A DNA stretch of 64,000 nt, taken from positions 1,612,001 through 1,676,000 of the forward strand of contig OZ059898.1 in NCBI GenBank assembly GCA_964057225.1, given 5' to 3'. Shown piece after piece: positions 55,101 through 64,000 of this stretch. Every line of letters starts with the position of its first letter. The first letter of the stretch is position 1. The position numbers and the translations under genes were made by a program. Origin of the DNA: Auanema rhodensis (taxonomy: Eukaryota > Animalia > Nematoda). The notes beneath the pieces are model-generated. The model searched no databases, was not told where the DNA came from, and saw nothing but the letters and a program-made list of their open reading frames with translations.

Positions 55101-58100
55101 AACATACACTAATGCATCATTTTTCAAACGATCATAACTAATTTTTGTATTAAGCGTTTCTCAATGTGGTATAGTGCATTCGATGCGGATTTTTAAGCTG
55201 CGTCGATCTGTGTTATCAGATTTGCGCTAGCTTAAAAATGCACCGAGATATCAACTGATATAAGTTCACACTTATATCCTCGATTTTCACCCTGAAGATT
55301 TAATTTTTTCGTTGAATAACATTGTCCATCGTCTTTGCCTTGAAAAATAAAATCTAAAAACATCTACTTTTTGCTAAATTATTTTGAAATTTTTCGAAAA
55401 AATTTTTGTCAAAATGTTTTTGGAAGCAATGTTGAGTGTACATGGAAACTCAACATACACTAATGCATCATTTTTCAAACGATCATAACTAATTTTTGTA
55501 TTAAGCGTTTCTCAATGTGGTATAGTGCATTCGATGCGGATTTTTAAGCTGCGTCGATCTGTGTTATCAGATTTGCGCTAGCTTAAAAATGCACCGAGAT
55601 ATCAACTGATATAAGTTCACACTTATATCCTCGATTTTCACCCTGAAGATTTAATTTTTTCGTTGAATAACATTGTCCATCGTCTTTGCCTTGAAAAATG
55701 GAATCTAAAAACATCTACTTCTTGCTAAATTATTTTGAAATTTTTCGAAAAAATTTTTGTCAAAATGTTTTTGGAAGCAATGTTGAGTGTACATGGAAAC
55801 TCAACATACACTAATGCATCATTTTTCAAACGATCATAACTAATTTTTGTATTAAGCGTTTCTCAATGTAGTATAGTGCATTCGATGCGGATTTTTAAGC
55901 TGCGTCGATCTGTGTTATCAGATTTGCGCTAGCTTAAAAATGCACCGAGATATCAACTGATATAAGTTCACACTTATATCCTCGATTTTCACCCTGAAGA
56001 ATTAATTTTTTCGTTGAATAACATTGTCCATCGTTTTTGCCTTGAAAAAAGGAATCTAAAAACATCTACTTTTTGCTAAATTATTTTGAAATTTTTCGAA
56101 AAAATTTTTGTCAAAATGTTTTTGGAAGCAATGTTGAGTGTACATGGAAACTCAACATACACTAATGCATCATTTTTCAAACGATCATAACTAATTTTTG
56201 TATTAAGCGTTTCTCAATGTAGTATAGTGCATTCGATGCGGATTTTTAAGCTGCGTCGATCTGTGTTATCAGATTTGCGCTAGCTTAAAAATGCACCGAG
56301 ATATCAACTGATATAAGTTCACACTTATATCCTCGATTTTCACCCTGAAGAATTAATTTTTTCGTTGAATAACATTGTCCATCGTTTTTGCCTTGAAAAA
56401 AGGAATCTAAAAACATCTACTTTTTGCTAAATTATTTTGAAATTTTTCGAAAAAATTTTTGTCAAAATGTTTTTGGAAGCAATGTTGAGTGTACATGGAA
56501 ACTCAACATACACTAATGCATCATTTTTCAAACGATCATAACTAATTTTTGTATTAAGCGTTTCTCAATGTAGTATAGTGCATTCGATGCGGATTTTTAA
56601 GCTGCGTCGATCTGTGTTATCAGATTTGCGCTAGCTTAAAAATGCACCGAGATATCAACTGATATAAGTTCACACTTATATCCTCGATTTTCACCCTGAA
56701 GAATTAATTTTTTCGTTGAATAACATTGTCCATCGTTTTTGCCTTGAAAAAAGGAATCTAAAAACATCTACTTTTTGCTAAATTATTTTGAAATTTTTCG
56801 AAAAAATTTTTGTCAAAATGTTTTTGGAAGCAATGTTGAGTGTACATGGAAACTCAACATACACTAATGCATCATTTTTCAAACGATCATAACTAATTTT
56901 TGTATTAAGCGTTTCTCAATGTAGTATAGTGCATTCGATGCGGATTTTTAAGCTGCGTCGATCTGTGTTATCAGATTTGCGCTAGCTTAAAAATGCACCG
57001 AGATATCAACTGATATAAGTTCACACTTATATCCTCGATTTTCACCCTGAAGATTTAATTTTTTCGTTGAATAACATTGTCCATCGTCTTTGCCTTGAAA
57101 AATGGAATCTAAAAACATCTACTTTTTGCTAAATTATTTTGAAATTTTTCGAAAAAATTTTTGTCAAAATGTTTTTGGAAGCAATGTTGAGTGTACATGG
57201 AAACTCAACATACACTAATGCATCATTTTTCAAACGATCATAACTAATTTTTGTATTAAGCGTTTCTCAATGTAGTATAGTGCATTCGATGCGGATTTTT
57301 AAGCTGCGTCGATCTGTGTTATCAGATTTGCGCTAGCTTAAAAATGCACCGAGATATCAACTGATATAAGTTCACACTTATATCCTCGATTTTCACCCTG
57401 AAGAATTAATTTTTTCGTTGAATAACATTGTCCATCGTTTTTGCCTTGAAAAAAGGAATCTAAAAACATCTACTTTTTGCTAAATTATTTTGAAATTTTT
57501 CGAAAAAATTTTTGTCAAAATGTTTTTGGAAGCAATGTTGAGTGTACATGGAAACTCAACATACACTAATGCATCATTTTTCAAACGATCATAACTAATT
57601 TTTGTATTAAGCGTTTCTCAATGTAGTATAGTGCATTCGATGCGGATTTTTAAGCTGCGTCGATCTGTGTTATCAGATTTGCGCTAGCTTAAAAATGCAC
57701 CGAGATATCAACTGATATAAGTTCACACTTATATCCTCGATTTTCACCCTGAAGAATTAATTTTTTCGTTGAATAACATTGTCCATCGTTTTTGCCTTGA
57801 AAAAAGGAATCTAAAAACATCTACTTTTTGCTAAATTATTTTGAAATTTTTCGAAAAAATTTTTGTCAAAATGTTTTTGGAAGCAATGTTGAGTGTACAT
57901 GGAAACTCAACATACACTAATGCATCATTTTTCAAACGATCATAACTAATTTTTGTATTAAGCGTTTCTCAATGTAGTATAGTGCATTCGATGCGGATTT
58001 TTAAGCTGCGTCGATCTGTGTTATCAGATTTGCGCTAGCTTAAAAATACACCGAGATATCAACTGATATAAGTTCACACTTATATCCTCGATTTTCACCC

Positions 58101-58259
58101 TGAAGAATTAATTTTTTCGTTGAATAACATTGTCCATCGTTTTTGCCTTGAAAAAAGGAATCTAAAAACATCTACTTTTTGCTAAATTATTTTGAAATTT
58201 TTCGAAAAAATTTTTGTCAAAATGTTTTTGGAAGCAATGTTGAGTGTACATGGAAACTC
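49134..58259. repeat. Higher-order repeat: 13-monomer unit (4563 bp) x2
   Basis: T222A at 49355/53918 and G140A at 53485/58048. All intervening markers (A68G, T94C, B', T270C, A/B order) are in register at offset 4563. Confidence 0.92.
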
Positions 58260-61067
58260 AACATACACTAATGCATCATTTTTCAAACGATCATAACTAA
58301 TTTTTGTATTAAGCGTTTCTCAATGTAGTATAGTGCATTCGATGCGGATTTTTAAGCTGCGTCGATCTGTGTTATCAGATTTGCGCTAGCTTAAAAATGC
58401 ACCGAGATATCAACTGATATAAGTTCACACTTATATCCTCGATTTTCACCCTGAAGAATTAATTTTTTCGTTGAATAACATTGTCCATCGTTTTTGCCTT
58501 GAAAAAAGGAATCTAAAAACATCTACTTTTTGCTAAATTATTTTGAAATTTTTCGAAAAAAATTTTGTCAAAATGTTTTTGGAAGCAATGTTGAGTGTAC
58601 ATGGAAACTCAACATACACTAATGCATCATTTTTCAAACGATCATAACTAATTTTTGTATTAAGCGTTTCTCAATGTAGTATAGTGCATTCGATGTGGAT
58701 TTTTAAGCTGCGTCGATCTGTGTTATCAGATTTGCGCTAGCTTAAAAATGCACCGAGATATCAACTGATATAAGTTCACACTTATATCCTCGATTTTCAC
58801 CCTGAAGAATTAATTTTTTCGTTGAATAACATTGTCCATCGTTTTTGCCTTGAAAAAATGAATCTAAAAACATCTACTTTTTGCTAAATTATTCTGAAAT
58901 TTTTCGAAAAAATTTTTGTCAAAATGTTTTTGGAAGCAATGTTGAGTGTACATGGAAACTCAACATACACTAATGCATCATTTTTCAAACGATCATAACT
59001 AATTTTTGTATTAAGCGTTTCTCAATGTAGTATAGTGCATTCGATGCGGATTTTTAAGCTGCGTCGATCTGTGTTATCAGATTTGCGCTAGCTTAAAAAT
59101 GCACCGAGATATCAACTGATATAAGTTCACACTTATATCCTCGATTTTCACCCTGAAGATTTAATTTTTTCGTTGAATAACATTGTCCATCGTCTTTGCC
59201 TTGAAAAATGGAATCTAAAAACATCTACTTTTTGCTAAATTATTTTGAAATTTTTCGAAAAAATTTTTGTCAAAATGTTTTTGGAAGCAATGTTGAGTGT
59301 ACATGGATACTCAACATACACTAATGCATCATTTTTCAAACGATCATAACTAATTTTTGTATTAAGCGTTTCTCAATGTAGTATAGTGCATTCGATGCGG
59401 ATTTTTAAGCTGCGTCGATCTGTGTTATCAGATTTGCGCTAGCTTAAAAATGCACCGAGATATCAACTGATATAAGTTCACACTTATATCCTCGATTTTC
59501 ACCCTGAAGAATTAATTTTTTCGTTGAATAACATTGTCCATCGTTTTTGCCTTGAAAAAAGGAATCTAAAAACATCTACTTTTTGCTAAATTATTTTGAA
59601 ATTTTTCGAAAAAATTTTTGTCAAAATGTTTTTGGAAGCAATGTTGAGTGTACATGGAAACTCAACATACACTAATGCATCATTTTTCAAACGATCATAA
59701 CTAATTTTTGTATTAAGCGTTTCTCAATGTAGTATAGTGCATTCGATGCGGATTTTTAAGCTGCGTCGATCTGTGTTATCAGATTTGCGCTAGCTTAAAA
59801 ATGCACCGAGATATCAACTGATATAAGTTCACACTTATATCCTCGATTTTCACCCTGAAGATTTAATTTTTTCGTTGAATAACATTGTCCATCGTCTTTG
59901 CCTTGAAAAATGGAATCTAAAAACATCTACTTTTTGCTAAATTATTTTGAAATTTTTCGAAAAAATTTTTGTCAAAATGTTTTTGGAAGCAATGTTGAGT
60001 GTACATGGAAACTCAACATACACTAATGCATCATTTTTCAAACGATCATAACTAATTTTTGTATTAAGCGTTTCTCAATGTAGTATAGTGCATTCGATGC
60101 GGATTTTTAAGCTGCGTCGATCTGTGTTATCAGATTTGCGCTAGCTTAAAAATGCACCGAGATATCAACTGATATAAGTTCACACTTATATCCTCGATTT
60201 TCACCCTGAAGAATTAATTTTTTCGTTGAATAACATTGTCCATCGTTTTTGCCTTAAAAAAAGGAATCTAAAAACATCTACTTTTTGCTAAATTATTTTG
60301 AAATTTTTCGAAAAAATTTTTGTCAAAATGTTTTTGGAACCAATGTTGAGTGTACATGGAAACTCAACATACACTAATGCATCATTTTTCAAACGATCAT
60401 AACTAATTTTTGTATTAAGCGTTTCTCAATGTAGTATAGTGCATTCGATGCGGATTTTTAAGCTGCGTCGATCTGTGTTATCAGATTTGCGCTAGCTTAA
60501 AAATGCACCGAGATATCAACTGATATAAGTTCACACTTATATCCTCGATTTTCACCCTGAAGATTTAATTTTTTCGTTGAATAACATTGTCCATCGTCTT
60601 TGCCTTGAAAAATGGAATCTAAAAACATCTACTTTTTGCTAAATTATTTTGAAATTTTTCGAAAAAATTTTTGTCAAAATGTTTTTGGAAGCAATGTTGA
60701 GTGTACATGGAAACTCAACATACACTAATGCATCATTTTTCAAACGATCATAACTAATTTTTGTATTAAGCGTTTCTCAATGTAGTATAGTGCATTCGAT
60801 GCGGATTTTTAAGCTGCGTCGATCTGTGTTATCAGATTTGCGCTAGCTTAAAAATGCACCGAGATATCAACTGATATAAGTTCACACTTATATCCTCGAT
60901 TTTCACCCTGAAGAATAAATTTTTTCGTTGAATAACATTGTCCATCGTCTTTGCCTTGAAAAAAAAAATCTAAAAACATCTACTTTTTGCTAAATTATTT
61001 TGAAATTTTTCGAAAAAATTTTTGTCAAAATGTTTTTGGAAGCAATGTTGAGTGTACATGGAAACTC

Positions 61068-63875
61068 AACATACACTAATGCATCATTTTTCAAACGATC
61101 ATAACTAATTTTTGTATTAAGCGTTTCTCAATGTAGTATAGTGCATTCGATGCGGATTTTTAAGCTGCGTCGATCTGTGTTATCAGATTTGCGCTAGCTT
61201 AAAAATGCACCGAGATATCAACTGATATAAGTTCACACTTATATCCTCGATTTTCACCCTGAAGAATAAATTTTTTCGTTGAATAACATTGTCCATCGTC
61301 TTTGCCTTGAAAAATGGAATCTAAAAACATCTACTTTTTGCTAAATTATTTTGAAATTTTTCGAAAAAATTTTTGTCAAAATGTTTTTGGAAGCAATGTT
61401 GAGTGTACATGGAAACTCAACATACACTAATGCATCATTTTTCAAACGATCATAACTAATTTTTGTATTAAGCGTTTCTCAATGTAGTATAGTGCATTCG
61501 ATGCGGATTTTTAAGCTGCGTCGATCTGTGTTATCAGATTTGCGCTAGCTTAAAAATGCACCGAGATATCAACTGATATAAGTTCACACTTATATCCTCG
61601 ATTTTCACCCTGAAGAATAAATTTTTTCGTTGAATAACATTGTCCATCGTCTTTGCCTTGAAAAAAGAAATCTAAAAACATCTACTTTTTGCTAAATTAT
61701 TTTGAAATTTTTCGAAAAAATTTTTGTCAAAATGTTTTTGGAAGCAATGTTGAGTGTACATGGAAACTCAACATACACTAATGCATCATTTTTCAAACGA
61801 TCATAACTAATTTTTGTATTAAGCGTTTCTCAATGTAGTATAGTGCATTCGATGCGGATTTTTAAGCTGCGTCGATCTGTGTTATCAGATTTGCGCTAGC
61901 TTAAAAATGCACCGAGATATCAACTGATATAAGTTCACACTTATATCCTCGATTTTCACCCTGAAGAATTAATTTTTTCGTTGAATAACATTGTCCATCG
62001 TTTTTGCCTTGAAAAAAGGAATCTAAAAACATCTACTTTTTGCTAAATTATTTTGAAATTTTTCGAAAAAATTTTTGTCAAAATGTTTTTGGAACCAATG
62101 TTGAGTGTACATGGAAACTCAACATACACTAATGCATCATTTTTCAAACGATCATAACTAATTTTTGTATTAAGCGTTTCTCAATGTAGTATAGTGCATT
62201 CGATGCGGATTTTTAAGCTGCGTCGATCTGTGTTATCAGATTTGCGCTAGCTTAAAAATGCACCGAGATATCAACTGATATAAGTTCACACTTATATCCT
62301 CGATTTTCACCCTGAAGAATTAATTTTTTCGTTGAATAACATTGTCCATCGTTTTTGCCTTGAAAAAAGGAATCTAAAAACATCTACTTTTTGCTAAATT
62401 ATTTTGAAATTTTTCGAAAAAATTTTTGTCAAAATGTTTTTGGAAGCAATGTTGAGTGTACATGGAAACTCAACATACACTAATGCATCATTTTTCAAAC
62501 GATCATAACTAATTTTTGTATTAAGCGTTTCTCAATGTAGTATAGTGCATTCGATGCGGATTTTTAAGCTGCGTCGATCTGTGTTATCAGATTTGCGCTA
62601 GCTTAAAAATGCACCGAGATATCAACTGATATAAGTTCACACTTATATCCTCGATTTTCACCCTGAAGAATAAATTTTTTCGTTGAATAACATTGTCCAT
62701 CGTCTTTGCCTTGAAAAATGGAATCTAAAAACATCTACTTTTTGCTAAATTATTTTGAAATTTTTCGAAAAAATTTTTGTCAAAATGTTTTTGGAAGCAA
62801 TGTTGAGTGTACATGGAAACTCAACATACACTAATGCATCATTTTTCAAACGATCATAACTAATTTTTGTATTAAGCGTTTCTCAATGTAGTATAGTGCA
62901 TTCGATGCGGATTTTTAAGCTGCGTCGATCTGTGTTATCAGATTTGCGCTAGCTTAAAAATGCACCGAGATATCAACTGATATAAGTTCACACTTATATC
63001 CTCGATTTTCACCCTGAAGAATAAATTTTTTCGTTGAATAACATTGTCCATCGTCTTTGCCTTGAAAAAAGAAATCTAAAAACATCTACTTTTTGCTAAA
63101 TTATTTTGAAATTTTTCGAAAAAATTTTTGTCAAAATGTTTTTGGAAGCAATGTTGAGTGTACATGGAAACTCAACATACACTAATGCATCATTTTTCAA
63201 ACGATCATAACTAATTTTTGTATTAAGCGTTTCTCAATGTAGTATAGTGCATTCGATGCGGATTTTTAAGCTGCGTCGATCTGTGTTATCAGATTTGCGC
63301 TAGCTTAAAAATGCACCGAGATATCAACTGATATAAGTTCACACTTATATCCTCGATTTTCACCCTGAAGAATTAATTTTTTCGTTGAATAACATTGTCC
63401 ATCGTTTTTGCCTTGAAAAAAGGAATCTAAAAACATCTACTTTTTGCTAAATTATTTTGAAATTTTTCGAAAAAATTTTTGTCAAAATGTTTTTGGAACC
63501 AATGTTGAGTGTACATGGAAACTCAACATACACTAATGCATCATTTTTCAAACGATCATAACTAATTTTTGTATTAAGCGTTTCTCAATGTAGTATAGTG
63601 CATTCGATGCGGATTTTTAAGCTGCGTCGATCTGTGTTATCAGATTTGCGCTAGCTTAAAAATGCACCGAGATATCAACTGATATAAGTTCACACTTATA
63701 TCCTCGATTTTCACCCTGAAGAATTAATTTTTTCGTTGAATAACATTGTCCATCGTTTTTGCCTTGAAAAATGGAATCTAAAAACATCTACTTTTTGCTA
63801 AATTATTTTGAAATTTTTCGAAAAAATTTTTGTCAAAATGTTTTTGGAAGCAATGTTGAGTGTACATGGAAACTC
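61068..63875. repeat. Higher-order repeat: 4-monomer unit (1404 bp) x2
   Basis: The order T201A+T248 / T201A+G250A / A+G326C / A occurs twice. The last monomer differs at position 248. Confidence 0.85.
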
Positions 63876-64000
63876 AACATACACTAATGCATCATTTTTC
63901 AAACGATCATAACTAATTTTTGTATTAAGCGTTTCTCAATGTAGTATAGTGCATTCGATGCGGATTTTTAAGCTGCGTCGATCTGTGTTATCAGATTTGC

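Larger units (their letters stand above)
1..64000. repeat. Satellite DNA tandem array, 351-bp monomer, ~182.4 copies, head-to-tail, extends beyond both window edges
   Basis: AACATACACTAATGCATC recurs at 1, 352, 703, 1054 ... 3511 ... 63876. 182 x 351 minus 7 deleted bases = 63875, which matches the start of M183 at 63876. No inversion or foreign insert seen. Confidence 0.99.

Noticed and set aside
1-64000. Giant repetitive ORF (351 = 117 codons, so frame would be preserved across monomers)
   Set aside because: All three + frames hit TAA within the first 41 bp of the monomer, and all three - frames contain stops (CTA at 9, TCA at 17 and TCA at 61 on the + strand). No frame runs through a monomer.
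1-64000. Artefact such as a rolling-circle/concatemer read or collapsed assembly
   Set aside because: Variants are linked in haplotypes and recur in ordered multi-monomer blocks, unlike random error or identical collapsed copies. Individual exact duplications still need read validation.

Overview
The whole 64-kb window is one uninterrupted, head-to-tail, single-orientation satellite DNA array. It has a 351-bp, ~31% GC monomer, with 182 complete copies plus 125 bp of a 183rd (Mn = nth monomer counted from position 1). Copies usually differ from the consensus by 0-5 substitutions, and only five small deletions (7 bp in total) break the 351-bp phase. I see no protein-coding gene, RNA gene, CRISPR array or inserted transposon, and every reading frame on both strands is closed in the monomer. 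This looks like eukaryotic centromeric or pericentromeric heterochromatin. The ~350-bp AT-rich, CpG-undepleted monomer suggests an invertebrate, but that is inference and I cannot name the family. The structure of interest lies at two scales. (i) The monomer is densely tiled with dyad symmetries, including mutually exclusive overlapping stems and a degenerate ~118-bp palindrome. (ii) Diagnostic SNPs define two main monomer haplotypes and reveal local higher-order duplications of 3, 4, 5, ~10 and 13 monomers, a chimeric breakpoint monomer, and a 4-monomer block copied 56.5 kb apart. I found no evidence of a novel protein-based system. Variants were typed by eye and should be confirmed by alignment.
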